From: an uncultured Planctomycetota bacterium
Lineage (GTDB): Bacteria > Planctomycetota > Planctomycetia > Isosphaerales > Isosphaeraceae
Reading direction: 5' to 3'
DNA length: 64,000 nt
NCBI GenBank assembly: GCA_963823665.1
Contig: CAWGMQ010000011.1
Span: 448,001-512,000 of the forward strand
Part shown: in pieces, positions 1-9,559 of the stretch
Layout: every line of letters begins with the position of its first letter
Position numbering within the stretch: position 1 is the stretch's first letter
Notes under the pieces: generated by a model
What the model saw: the letters and a program-made list of their open reading frames with translations, nothing else
The model's database searches: none
What the model was told of the DNA's origin: nothing
Translations under genes and position numbers: made by a program

Positions 1-274
1 CGTCGGGCTTCAATCGTCTGAACGCAGAGCGCAAGCGGCAGTAGGCCCTCCAGTCCAGCCAGGGCCGTATGGGACGCACCAGCTCGGGCAACACCTCGAC
101 GGCGAGCTCGCGGCGAGCGGCGACGTCAAAGAGATCACCTTCGGGCCCTTCGGCCGGGCCGGTGATCAAGGTCACTTCATCATGATAACGATGATGCAGC
201 TCGTCGACGGTCAGAAGGGTATTCTCCTGAGCGCCCCCAAGGATGAGTCTTGTGATGACGTGTACGATTCGCAT
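1..274 (-). CDS. Glycosyltransferase family 4 (GT-B), N-terminal part; runs off the left edge
   Basis: Manual translation from ATG at 274: MRIVHVITRLILGGAQENTLLTVDELHHRYHDEVTLITGPAEGPEG..., a typical GT4 N-terminus (H.I..L..GGA). Confidence 0.8.
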   Translation of the reverse strand, partial: MRIVHVITRLILGGAQENTLLTVDELHHRYHDEVTLITGPAEGPEGDLFDVAARRELAVEVLPELVRPIRPWLDWRAYCRLRSAFRRLKPD

Positions 275-311
275 TGAGACTTGTCAGTTGCAGATCACAC
301 GGAACTTATAT

Positions 312-1052
312 TTACTTGTCGTAGTGGATCGCCACCAGGAACAGGCCTTGCGGGGGCGCGGTTGGGCCGGCTTCGGTGCGGCTTAGAGCGGCGAGCACGT
401 GCGCCACCCACTCGGGTGGGCGCTTGCCGCAGCCAACCCACACGAGCGTTCCGGCGATCGAGCGGACCATATTGTACAGGAAACCGTCGGCCTCGACTTC
501 GATGGTGACGGATGGGCCCGAGCGTTCGACGTGCAGGTCAAGGATTGTGCGCACACTGCTGGTGCGGTTGGGCCAGTCGGTCTCGAAGCTATGGAAATCG
601 TGTCTGCCCAGGAGCGCCGCGCCCGCCGCGGTCATCGCGGCCACGTCGAGGGTCCGACGAACATACCAGCTATAGCGAAGCTCAAAGGGGCTGGCGAACC
701 GGCCGTTGTCGATCGCATAGCGGTAGCGTTTGGACCTGGCATCGAGCGTTGCGTGAAAGGCCTGAGGCCGGTCGCGGGCATCCAGCACACGAACGTCGGG
801 CGGCAACATAGCGTTCAAGGCCCGCACGATCGTGTCAGTTGAGTGTTGCGACATAGTCAAGAAATGGACGGATTGAGCCAGCGCGTGCACACCGCGATCG
901 GTGCGACTGCAGGCGGTCACGGACGCTGGTGCGCCGGTCAATTGCTTCAGTGCTTCCTCGAGAACCTCTTGAATCGTTCGGAACCCGGGCTGGCGCTGCC
1001 AGCCGTGGAAGTCGGTGCCGTCGTAGGCGAGAATGAGCTGGATGTTCCGCAT
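312..1052 (-). CDS. truA: tRNA pseudouridine(38-40) synthase
   Basis: Motifs AYDGTDFHGWQRQ, SRTDRGVHA, GRHDFHSF, FLYNMVR, AGPTAPPQGLFL. Confidence 0.97.
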   Translation of the reverse strand: MRNIQLILAYDGTDFHGWQRQPGFRTIQEVLEEALKQLTGAPASVTACSRTDRGVHALAQSVHFLTMSQHSTDTIVRALNAMLPPDVRVLDARDRPQAFHATLDARSKRYRYAIDNGRFASPFELRYSWYVRRTLDVAAMTAAGAALLGRHDFHSFETDWPNRTSSVRTILDLHVERSGPSVTIEVEADGFLYNMVRSIAGTLVWVGCGKRPPEWVAHVLAALSRTEAGPTAPPQGLFLVAIHYDK

Positions 1053-1084
1053 CGCGCGGTGGTTTCAGTCAATCAGACGGTTGG

Positions 1085-2101
1085 TCAGACCTGCTCGGGC
1101 ACGAGCTCCAGGAGGTGCTCGGCAATCTGCACGGCGTTGGTGGCTGCCCCCTTGCGAAGGTTGTCGCTGACGCACCAGAAGAGCAAGGTGTTGGGCTTGC
1201 TCAAGTCCCGGCGGATCCGGCCCACGAAGACATCGTCCTTGCCGGCGGCGGTAGCGGCGAGTGGATAGCGGTTGCGCGCGGGATCGTCGACGACGGTCAC
1301 ACCGGGTGACCGCGCCCAGATCTCGCGGGCCTCCTCGGGTGAAATCGGCCGTTCGGTCTCGATCAAGATCGATTCGCTGTGCGAGATCCTGACCGGCACG
1401 CGGACGCAGGTGGGGCTGACGTCGATTGACGGGTCGCCCATGATCTTGCGGGTTTCGTTCACCATCTTCATTTCTTCCTTGGTGTAGCCGCTCGGCAGGA
1501 AGTCGTCGACCTGAGGGATGCAGTTGGCGAAGATGGGGTGCTGGAATTTGGACGGAGGCGGGATGGGGGCATTCTGCACGGCGGCCTGCGTCTGCTGTTC
1601 CAGATCGCGCATTCCCTTCATGCCTGCGCCGGAGACCGATTGGTACGTGCTGACGACGATTCGCCGTACGCGTGCGAAGTCATGCAACGGCTTGAGCGCG
1701 ACCACCATCTGGATCGTCGAGCAATTGGGATTGGCGATGATTCCCCGATGCTTCATGATGTCAACCGGGTTGACTTCGGGGACCACCAGCGGCACGTCGG
1801 GCTCCATGCGAAACGCGCTCGAGTTATCAACCACGACTGCTCCGGCCGCAGCGGCGATCGGGCTCCACTCTCGCGACACACTTGCCGGAGTGCTCGACAG
1901 GACGATGTCGACTCCGGCGAATGCCGCGGCGGTGAGCTCGCGGACCGCGTGATGCTCGCCTCGAAAGATGACCGAGCGGCCCATGCTTCTGGCTGACGCC
2001 AGGAATTGAATTGAAGCCACCGGAAAGGAGCGTTCTTCGAGCAGGCGGGTCAAAAGCTCTCCGACGGCACCCGTGGCCCCGACGATCGCGACGTTCTTCA
2101 C
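1085..2101 (-). CDS. asd: Aspartate-semialdehyde dehydrogenase
   Basis: VAIVGATGAVG, VVDNSSAFRM, IIANPNCST, SDNLRKGAATNAVQIAE; likely GTG start at 2101. Confidence 0.97.
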   Translation of the reverse strand: MKNVAIVGATGAVGELLTRLLEERSFPVASIQFLASARSMGRSVIFRGEHHAVRELTAAAFAGVDIVLSSTPASVSREWSPIAAAAGAVVVDNSSAFRMEPDVPLVVPEVNPVDIMKHRGIIANPNCSTIQMVVALKPLHDFARVRRIVVSTYQSVSGAGMKGMRDLEQQTQAAVQNAPIPPPSKFQHPIFANCIPQVDDFLPSGYTKEEMKMVNETRKIMGDPSIDVSPTCVRVPVRISHSESILIETERPISPEEAREIWARSPGVTVVDDPARNRYPLAATAAGKDDVFVGRIRRDLSKPNTLLFWCVSDNLRKGAATNAVQIAEHLLELVPEQV

Positions 2102-2410
2102 AACTGATTCCTCCACCCGGCGCAGCACATTTGCAAGGAGTACCTCAAGCTGAAGCCTGACCCGGCTCCGGATTGGCCGCAGGATCTGGACTCTTGATTC
2201 TCGAACAGGGTTCGCACGTGGTCAAGAAGACCTTCGCGAAAAGAGCCGACTGTGCGGCGGCGGGCTGTCTTTATAAAATGGAATGTCTGTCGCCGGGTGG
2301 CTAAGAGTCGCCTTTCGCTCCGCGAAAGTGCGTCCCGTGTCTTTATAGAATAGTAGAATGTCAGTCGCTAGCGTGGACCGGGTGCGGATTGTTGTGAACG
2401 ATTCCCGAGG

Positions 2411-3934
2411 ATGGGGGCCTGTGCCTTGAAAGTCCTGGTCGTCGGCAAAGGAGGGCGCGAGCACGCAATTTGCTGGAAGCTCAAGCAGTCGCCAAAGGTG
2501 ACCACGGTATTCTGTGCGCCGGGCAACGCGGGCACGGCGATCGACGCGCAGAACGTTTCGATCGAGCCGGGCGATCACCGCGGTCTGGTTCAGTTTGCCA
2601 AACGAGAGGGCGTGGGTCTGACGGTGGTCGGCCCGGAAGAGCCGCTCGTCAAGGGAATTGTCGACATCTTTCAGCGCGAGGGCATGCGAATCTTCGGGCC
2701 GCGGAAGGAGGCGGCGGAGCTGGAGGGAAGCAAGGTCTTCGCCAAGGAGCTGATGCGGCAGGCGGGGATCCCGACGGCCGACTACCGCGTATTCCGTACG
2801 GCGCCTGACGCGGAGCTTTACGTCCGGTCCCGCGAGGTGGCGCTGATCGTGCGGTCGCGAGGCCGGTCCACCTTGCGGCACACTCTTCACTGCCGCACGG
2901 CCGGCGAGACGCTCGAGGCAATCGACCGGATCATGGACCCGCGCGAGATGCTCTCGCCCGGCGTGCAGGTGGAGATCGAAGAGCGCGGCGAAAAGCGGAT
3001 CTTCAACACGGCCGCCGAAGCGCGTGATTTCGTCCTGGGGCGCCCGCTTGGCCTGGTTCTCAAGGCCGACGGCTTGGCGGCGGGCAAGGGGGTTTACGTC
3101 TGCGACAACCTTCGGCAGTCGCTCGAGGCGATCGACCAGATCATGATCCGGCGCATCTTCGGCCAGGCCGGAGACAAGCTGATCATCGAGGAGCGGCTCG
3201 ACGGCACGGAGGTCAGCGTCCTGGCAATCACCGACGGCCGCACCATCATCCCGCTGGAATCTGCCCAGGATTACAAACGAGCGTTTGACCACGATGAAGG
3301 GCCCAACACGGGCGGGATGGGGGCTTTCTCGCCCAACACGGCTCTCACCTCGGAGGTGATGGAGCAGGTCGAGCGCGAGATCCTCGTTCCGGCGATTCAC
3401 GCGCTCAAACGGGCCCGCCGTCCGTTCCGCGGCGTGCTTTACGCCGGCCTGATGCTCACGAATCAGGGCCCGAAGGTGCTTGAATTCAACGTTCGCTTCG
3501 GCGATCCGGAAACGCAAGTCGTGCTCGCGAGACTCAAGACGGACTTGTTCGATCTGCTCGACGCCGCGGTCGACGACCGTCTCGACTCCATTTCCCTGGA
3601 ATGGGACCCGCGGCCGGCCGTGACCGTGGTGATGGCTGTGGAGGGTTACCCCGGAGCGTACGAGCGCGATTGCGTGATTCCCAATCTCGACGCCGCGGAC
3701 AGGATGCCGGACGTCAAGGTCTTTCACGCGGGCACTGCCCTTCGCGCTGACCCCGCCGTCGGCCGCGAAGGCCGCGTTGTCAGTGACGGGGGCCGGGTAC
3801 TCGACGTGACCGCGCTCGGCGCAACGCTCGCGGAAGCCCAGGCTCGCGCCTATGAGGCGGCGCGTGCCGTCAAGTTCCCCGGCGCCTGGTATCGACGCGA
3901 TATCGGCGGCCGGAGGGGCCGCCCGGGCAAGTGA
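2411..3934 (+). CDS. purD: Phosphoribosylamine-glycine ligase with an extra degenerate B-domain copy
   Basis: VVGKGGREHAI, APGNAG, LEGSKVFAK, KADGLAAGKGV, GPNTGGMGA, EFNVRFGDPE, VFHAGT; about 70 aa longer than typical PurD; real start may be TTG at 2426. Confidence 0.95.
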   Translation: MGACALKVLVVGKGGREHAICWKLKQSPKVTTVFCAPGNAGTAIDAQNVSIEPGDHRGLVQFAKREGVGLTVVGPEEPLVKGIVDIFQREGMRIFGPRKEAAELEGSKVFAKELMRQAGIPTADYRVFRTAPDAELYVRSREVALIVRSRGRSTLRHTLHCRTAGETLEAIDRIMDPREMLSPGVQVEIEERGEKRIFNTAAEARDFVLGRPLGLVLKADGLAAGKGVYVCDNLRQSLEAIDQIMIRRIFGQAGDKLIIEERLDGTEVSVLAITDGRTIIPLESAQDYKRAFDHDEGPNTGGMGAFSPNTALTSEVMEQVEREILVPAIHALKRARRPFRGVLYAGLMLTNQGPKVLEFNVRFGDPETQVVLARLKTDLFDLLDAAVDDRLDSISLEWDPRPAVTVVMAVEGYPGAYERDCVIPNLDAADRMPDVKVFHAGTALRADPAVGREGRVVSDGGRVLDVTALGATLAEAQARAYEAARAVKFPGAWYRRDIGGRRGRPGK

Positions 3935-3971
3935 CGCAGTCCTCGCTCTACGCGGGCGATTCACGTCGTTG

Positions 3972-5768
3972 TTACTTCTTCGCCTTGTGATGTCGCGGGA
4001 TCGCCGGGACGTGATCAATCTTGAACAAGCCCTTGAGGCCGTCCTGACCCACGTCGTACTTCGTCGGCGTCGCGTAAGGCTGGTAGGGCACCGTGGGCGG
4101 AATGACCGGCCCGTGGATCAGCTTGACCGACTTGGCGAAGAACGCCCTGCCCTGGCTCTGCGGCTGCACGGCCGAATTATTGGCGTTGCTGATGTTTCCT
4201 TCGACCTTGGCGTTGATGACGCCGCGCGGCAGGATCAGATCTTGCGGTGTGCCGTACCCGTTGCCGGTCAAACCGGTCGGGTCGGGCTGGACCGAAGCCG
4301 AGAAGACCGAGTCGATCACGCTTCCGGCGATCCGGACCTGGGTCGTACCGCCGTTCTGCGCGGTCGGCTCCATCTGGCCGGTGAGCGTATTGAGCTGCGG
4401 ATTAGCCACGGTTGGCGGCGGCTGGCCGAAGAAGGCACCGCTACCGGAGGCGAAGAGGCTGGTGGGGGGCAAGTTCACGAACGTGAAGAGGCTCTGGGCT
4501 TCACCCACGTTCACATTTGTGTTCTGAACGTCACCGCCGATCAAGAGGTTCTGGATCGAGCGACTTACCGTGACGGTGGAGTTGAGCGCATCGCGATTGG
4601 CACGCAGGGATGCGATGCTAAGGGAGCTGATGGTCACGTTATCCATGCCGAGCCCGAACGCAATGTTCCGGGAACCGGACGGGGCCATCAAGAGCACGTT
4701 CTGGGTTTGTCCGCCGATGTAGTAGTTGCTGATCTTGGCGTCGAGCTGCCCTTCGGACGCAGCCACGTTGAGGGGATCTTCGGTCACGAGCGTGGTGAAG
4801 TTCGTGGCGTTGCCGCCGACGCGAACGTCACCGATCTGCCCTGTCGCCGCACCACCCTGGGAAATGACGAAGGTGCCTCCCGGTGAATCCCCGGAGCTCG
4901 AAGGCGAGTTCACCAGTTGAGTCGGCACCAGTCCCGACGTGGTGTTTCCATCGATTTCATTGGCCTGGAACAGGTTGAGCCGCCCGGTGACCAGGAAGGT
5001 CGCGTAGTCCTGGAACGGAGCTGAGCCGGCGGTCGAGTTGGCCTCGGCGTCGCTGTTCACTGTGTTGACGATGACACTCGTGCCCTGCACGATCGGTAAA
5101 CCGAGGCTGATCTGAAACTCGTTGCTCTGGCCGGTCTGGTTGAGCGGAGTCCCGCCCGCCGGCGTGTAATCGACGTCGACTCCGCCAAATCGGAGGTTGA
5201 TCACTCCCTGCGGAATGTAGATCTCACCGGCCGACATCGCACTGGTATGGATCTGCGATGCCACACTCGGTTTCGTCGTGTCGGTATGCGCCAGATAGAA
5301 GTTGGGCATGTCCACCGCGAGGATCCCGTTCTGGACGGTCCGGAAGTTGCTGACCTGCCCCTGGTCGATCTTACCCAGCTCACCCGTGGGCGTGACGATC
5401 AGGTTCTCGAAGAACACCTTGGCATTGTGGGTCGTCGGATCGGGATAAACCGTGGCGACCAGACGCGTCTGCGTGGTGATCGCACCCGCGACCGTGATGG
5501 TGTTGATCGATTCTTGCAAGTCACCAGTCGCACGCGTGAACACGTCGCCGTCGACCCCGACAACGTTGAGCGCCCCGGGCCCGAACAGTCGCATCGTCCA
5601 CTGGGCGCCATCCGGATCCATCCCCCTGACGACCGCCGTCGCAGGCCCGGTCGGCACTCCCTTCGGCACGGGTTGCCGTCCAGTCGCATCCAGAAGCTCT
5701 CGTGCTTCGAGACCCTCGGCCATCGGTTTAAGGGACCGCCGGGACGGCGTTGGCTTCCACTTCGCCAT
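3972..5768 (-). CDS. Planctomycete extracellular/surface protein with LExRxLL N-terminal motif
   Basis: N-terminus ...RRSLKPMAEGLEARELL; G/N/T/S-rich beta-type body; basic C-terminal tail. Confidence 0.75.
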   Translation of the reverse strand: MAKWKPTPSRRSLKPMAEGLEARELLDATGRQPVPKGVPTGPATAVVRGMDPDGAQWTMRLFGPGALNVVGVDGDVFTRATGDLQESINTITVAGAITTQTRLVATVYPDPTTHNAKVFFENLIVTPTGELGKIDQGQVSNFRTVQNGILAVDMPNFYLAHTDTTKPSVASQIHTSAMSAGEIYIPQGVINLRFGGVDVDYTPAGGTPLNQTGQSNEFQISLGLPIVQGTSVIVNTVNSDAEANSTAGSAPFQDYATFLVTGRLNLFQANEIDGNTTSGLVPTQLVNSPSSSGDSPGGTFVISQGGAATGQIGDVRVGGNATNFTTLVTEDPLNVAASEGQLDAKISNYYIGGQTQNVLLMAPSGSRNIAFGLGMDNVTISSLSIASLRANRDALNSTVTVSRSIQNLLIGGDVQNTNVNVGEAQSLFTFVNLPPTSLFASGSGAFFGQPPPTVANPQLNTLTGQMEPTAQNGGTTQVRIAGSVIDSVFSASVQPDPTGLTGNGYGTPQDLILPRGVINAKVEGNISNANNSAVQPQSQGRAFFAKSVKLIHGPVIPPTVPYQPYATPTKYDVGQDGLKGLFKIDHVPAIPRHHKAKK

Positions 5769-6076
5769 GGAACAGACACCCCTTTCCCACGAGGCAAGAC
5801 CATACGCTGGTCGTTACGCAGCCTATCGAATCTGTTTCCAGTCAAAGATTTGCGCCGGAAACCGATTCGTCATCCCACTGGACCGCATTCACGTTTTCCG
5901 TGAACCGACTTGAACGCAATCATTCCGATATGCGACCATCCCGCAATGCGCATCACGACGGGTACAGTCCGTCCGCTTTGGTCAAGGATCGACATTCGTT
6001 ACGGAATACTTGAGAGAATCGCTAAAATCGTTTCGATCCTCACAACCGGACAGGTTTGACAAGCACCCGCGCGAAC

Positions 6077-6541
6077 ATGAGCGATCAAGGCACGTTGAGA
6101 CGCCGACCATCTGTTCACATCACGCTCCAGCGAGCGGCTCGACTGCATCGCCTCGTTCGGTTCGTTGCGAGTGCGTCTCGAACGCGATCAATGATCCTCT
6201 CAGAACTTGGGATTGGCCTGCGGACGTTTTACCGGGAGCTGGAGCTGCTCAAGAAATGCGGAGTAAAGATCCGCCACAAGCACAAGCTGTACCACCTGCT
6301 GCCGACCGCCGCTGAGGCCCTGGGCCGCTTGCCGTTTCCAGATCCCCAACTGAGTTTTGCCGAGCTGGCCGAACTGGCGGCCTGCGACTGTGCGGCGGGG
6401 CGTCGCCTGGCGGGTTTGCTCGCCGCCGTGGTCCAAGAGCCAGCACCGGCCAAACCCGGAGCAAGTCGAGCGGCCCGGACCAGGAATCGGAACCCGCGCC
6501 CAAACGCTGAACCGGGCCGACGAGAAAAAACTTCAACGTGA
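6077..6541 (+). CDS. Winged-HTH DNA-binding protein
   Basis: ILSELGIGLRTFYRELELLKKCGVKI resembles HTH_11/DeoR-type wHTH; ATG at 6077. Confidence 0.65.
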   Translation: MSDQGTLRRRPSVHITLQRAARLHRLVRFVASASRTRSMILSELGIGLRTFYRELELLKKCGVKIRHKHKLYHLLPTAAEALGRLPFPDPQLSFAELAELAACDCAAGRRLAGLLAAVVQEPAPAKPGASRAARTRNRNPRPNAEPGRREKTST

Positions 6542-6948
6542 TCCATTGTAAGATCCACCACGGGTCGGACGGCGCCGGCCGCGATCGCAACGGTACAATC
6601 GATACCATCGGCTCGATCGAAACGCAGAATGAAAAAAACGGGGTGTTCTCGAAGTCCCGGCCGATTTGGCCCGGGGTTTGCTCTCCTACCGCGGGCATCG
6701 GCCCAATCGCCGATTCCTGATCGCCGTGAGGCACTGATCTTTCTTACCGGCCATTCGGCGATGTCTGACCTGAACTGAGAATCCTCCCCGCGTTTCCCCA
6801 GGTCCACGGACGGAAGACGGGCGTCGCTCGGAAGCGAGCGATGGTCGCCGTCGGCGCACGTGTTGCACGGATCGGTCTGCGCCCGAACAGGGTTTCCCGG
6901 GGTTTCCCTCGAGACGTACGACCTCCGTCCGAAGAAAGGGGAATACCC

Positions 6949-7473
6949 ATGAATCATGTCTCCCGAATCCTCATTGTGGCTGCGGCCCTTCTTATCAGTG
7001 CATCGCAGGCTTTCGCAGAAGATCAGCCCGCCAAGCAATGGGTGTGGCTCGAGAGCCAGGGAGTGTGGGGCTACGGCTACCAGATCAAGGAGGGGCCTCA
7101 TCGCGGCCTTTGGCGGGTCGACCCCGATTCGAAGCGGGCGCCGGAAGAAGCTGTACCGAACACGGACCCGTACGGATTCGCCGCCATCCTGAACCAATAC
7201 CGTGCGGAAGCGGGGCTGCCTGCTCTGGCCTACGATCACGAACTTTCCGCCTGGGCCGCCAGCAACAACGCAGCGCAGGCCGCCTTGGGCATGGGCCACC
7301 ACGTCACGCCCAATTGCTACCAGAACGCCGCCTGGAATGCTCCGGACGCCGCCAGCGTGGCGCAGGCCTGGATGGAGTCTCGCGGTCATCGCAAAAACAT
7401 GCTCTCTTCGTCGGTCACGACCTTCGGCATCGCCTACGGCCCCGGTCCGTACTGGACGATGAACGCGAAGTGA
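6949..7473 (+). CDS. Secreted CAP (SCP) domain protein
   Basis: Signal peptide (..ASQAFA); LNQYRAEAGLPAL and AWMESRGHRKNML are CAP motifs; purine-rich RBS before ATG 6949. Confidence 0.85.
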   Translation: MNHVSRILIVAAALLISASQAFAEDQPAKQWVWLESQGVWGYGYQIKEGPHRGLWRVDPDSKRAPEEAVPNTDPYGFAAILNQYRAEAGLPALAYDHELSAWAASNNAAQAALGMGHHVTPNCYQNAAWNAPDAASVAQAWMESRGHRKNMLSSSVTTFGIAYGPGPYWTMNAK

Positions 7474-7592
7474 GAAAAAAATAGCCAGGCCCACGGACGG
7501 GCCGTTTTGCCCCACGACCCCTGCCCGTCCATCGGGATGGAATCTCTCAATCAACGAATCATGAATCTCCGGTGAGGCAAACCGAGTCAGAC

Positions 7593-8195
7593 TCATCCGC
7601 TCGGCGTATGTTGACGCGTGAGCGTCAAGAGCGGGTCGTAATTTCCCAGGTCGGCTTCTTTGATGGCCGCCAGGTACTCGTCGCGGATCGTGCTTGCAGT
7701 CCCAATCAGGTTTTCTGGCCACGACGTATGGGTATGACCGCGCGATCGTAACAGGATATTTGCAAGCATCCGCGACCAACGTCCATTTCCGTTGAAGAAC
7801 GGGTGAACTCCAACAGCGAGATGATGGAGCCGGACCGCTTGCTCCACCAGGTTCATGCCCGATTGGTCCCAGAACGCGAGATCACCCAATAGGTTCTCGA
7901 GTTTCTCATCAATCAGGCTCCAGCGGACGCCAAGGTTCAAGTCGCGAGTCCGAATCTCGCCCGCCCATTTCCACACGTCGCCGAACATTTCTTTGTGCAA
8001 CCGCTTGACCCACCTGAGGTCAAACGGAGCCATCCGCTTCGTCGGCCGCCTGCGGCCGAAATACTTGGACACGGCCTTGCGGATGTTCCTGGCTTCGACC
8101 AGATTCAATTCCTGACGGGTCTTGACCCACGTGATCTTGAGGTGCGAAACATCGATCGGCGTCTCGCCCGGCAGTTCTTGCCAGCTAGATGCCAC
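7593..8195 (-). CDS. Fic-domain protein, mobile mystery protein B type
   Basis: Fic motif HPFFNGNGRWSR; LHKEMFGDVWKWAGEIR; N-terminal PGETPID..ELNLVEARNI; likely GTG start at 8195 (TTG 8213 possible). Confidence 0.9.
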   Translation of the reverse strand: MASSWQELPGETPIDVSHLKITWVKTRQELNLVEARNIRKAVSKYFGRRRPTKRMAPFDLRWVKRLHKEMFGDVWKWAGEIRTRDLNLGVRWSLIDEKLENLLGDLAFWDQSGMNLVEQAVRLHHLAVGVHPFFNGNGRWSRMLANILLRSRGHTHTSWPENLIGTASTIRDEYLAAIKEADLGNYDPLLTLTRQHTPSG

Positions 8196-8200
8196 GGAAT

Positions 8201-8614
8201 TCAGCAGCTCCAAAGCCGGTGACTCGATCCCGCGAGCAATTCGTGGTAAGTGTTTTCCACCATCGCTCGATATTCATCGTCGCTCACCGCCTGACCCTCG
8301 AGTGCGGAAGTGCCCTGGACCATGCCAACAATCCACGCGGCCTTCTTACGCGCTTGCCGCTCCCGAAGGGCTTGTGCGCTCACGGCCGGCTCGAATTTGA
8401 TCGACCCATCGTCCAGAATTCGGATGGTGCCCATACCCAGCACCCGCGCCACGGACGCAATGCTCGTGACGCCGGGTGACTCGACCTTGCCGGTCAACAA
8501 TCGCTGGAGCGCGGGCTGAGAAACGCCGCTCAACTCGGCCAGCGCCGAAAAGGAAATACCCAGCTCGCGACGCCGCAAGTCGAGCGCGTCATACGGTGTG
8601 GTGATTGCATTCAT
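8201..8614 (-). CDS. XRE-HTH protein, mobile mystery protein A type; probable Fic antitoxin and autorepressor
   Basis: RRRELGISFSALAELSGVSQPALQRL HTH; C-terminal VQGTSALEGQ...SHRLW; RBS GGGAGG before ATG 8614; directly upstream of the Fic gene. Confidence 0.85.
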   Translation of the reverse strand: MNAITTPYDALDLRRRELGISFSALAELSGVSQPALQRLLTGKVESPGVTSIASVARVLGMGTIRILDDGSIKFEPAVSAQALRERQARKKAAWIVGMVQGTSALEGQAVSDDEYRAMVENTYHELLAGSSHRLWSC

Positions 8615-8652
8615 ATTCTTGCCTCCCACAGATTTCGCACTCGAACCATTGC

Positions 8653-8706
8653 ATTCTATATCGTTTAAGATCTAAAGTCAAGTAAATTCAATATCGTAAA
8701 CGATAT
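8653..8706 (-). promoter_or_regulatory. Sigma70-type promoter of the HTH-Fic operon with two operator palindromes
   Basis: Minus strand TTGACT (8681-8676), 17 nt, TAGAAT (8658-8653); perfect 7-2-7 palindrome ATATCGT-AA-ACGATAT at 8691-8706; degenerate copy ATATCGT-TT-AAGATCT at 8658-8673. Confidence 0.75.
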
Positions 8707-8872
8707 CACAATGCCTCAGAAATCGAACGTTCGCCTCTAAGAGGCGAGCGACTAGGCTTCAGCCTGACGATCTCCCCGCGCCGCGCGAACGAAAACGGTG
8801 CTCCCACGACCGCGAAGTTCCGGCTGATGTTCGCACACGCACGCCACGACCGTAATGCCCTCCCGCGGAGGA

Positions 8873-9014
8873 AACGGGGTCAGAGGAAACGGGGTCAGGT
8901 CCGATATTGGCAAAATAGGTGGTCTATTGGTACAGAGCAGCACAGCAGCAGCAGAACGGGGTCAAAGGAAACGGGGTCAGGTCCGATATTGGCAAAATAG
9001 GTGGTCTATTGGTA
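8873..9014 (+). repeat. 60-bp direct repeat in the left end of the element
   Basis: 8873-8932 and 8955-9014 differ at one base (AACGGGGTCA(G/A)AGGAAACGGGGTCAGGTCCGATATTGGCAAAATAGGTGGTCTATTGGTA). Confidence 0.95.
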
Positions 9015-9374
9015 ATTTGGGTGGATGCCAAGAACAGCACGGGTCGCTCCAGGCGGCATGGTTTTCCACGTCTTGAATCGAGGCGTGGTGCGCATGCAGT
9101 TGTTCGAAGAGCCAACGGATTACGAGGCGTTTGAGCACGTCTTGCGGGAAACACTCGATGAATCGCCGTTGCGGGTCTGTGCCTAGGCGCTGATGCCCAA
9201 CCACTGGCATCTTCTGGTTTGGCCGGCGGGCGATGGAGACTTGGCAGCGTTCATGCAGCGGCTGACGGTCACCCATGTGCGACGGTGGCAACAGTATCGC
9301 GGCTACGCGGGGCTGGGCCATGTTTACCAGGGTCGGTACAAATCGGTCCCTGTCGAAAGCGACGAGCATTTCTG

Positions 9375-9559
9375 GGCGTGGTTCAAACGCGGGTAACACG
9401 CCTCGACGCCATTCGAGGCGCAACCGGCCCGCCGGTCCCTTCGTACGGTGGGTGTAACCCACCATCCCATATCGTATTACGACCGGTGGGTTGCACCCAC
9501 CCTACGTACTGCCGCCCATTGACGGTGTTACCGTAGCGTCGCGTCCGTTGAACCACGCC
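9375..9559. mobile_element. 185-bp MITE with 12-bp TIRs and 8-bp target-site duplication
   Basis: TIR GGCGTGGTTCAA (9375-9386) / TTGAACCACGCC (9548-9559); TSD CATTTCTG at 9367-9374 and 9560-9567; removing it restores the DEHFWVVARY reading. Confidence 0.9.
9443..9505. repeat. GTAG-type REP doublet (REPIN-like) inside the MITE
   Basis: GTACGGTGGGTGTAACCCACC (9443-9463) and the inverted GTAGGGTGGGTGCAACCCACC (9505-9485); each has a GGTGGG...CCCACC hairpin. Confidence 0.75.

Noticed and set aside
2222..4018. Long antisense ORFs (for example 2222-4018, 6229-7779, 41141-42613, 45774-47126)
   Set aside because: Shadow ORFs of real genes in high-GC DNA, with no recognisable motifs
8870..9014. Direct repeats as a CRISPR array
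   Set aside because: Only two 60-bp copies, no unique spacer series and no cas genes; explained as transposase element ends
9184..9186. In-frame TAG (and TGA at 9665) as recoding
   Set aside because: The gene is also disrupted by a MITE, so nonsense mutations in a pseudogene are the simpler explanation
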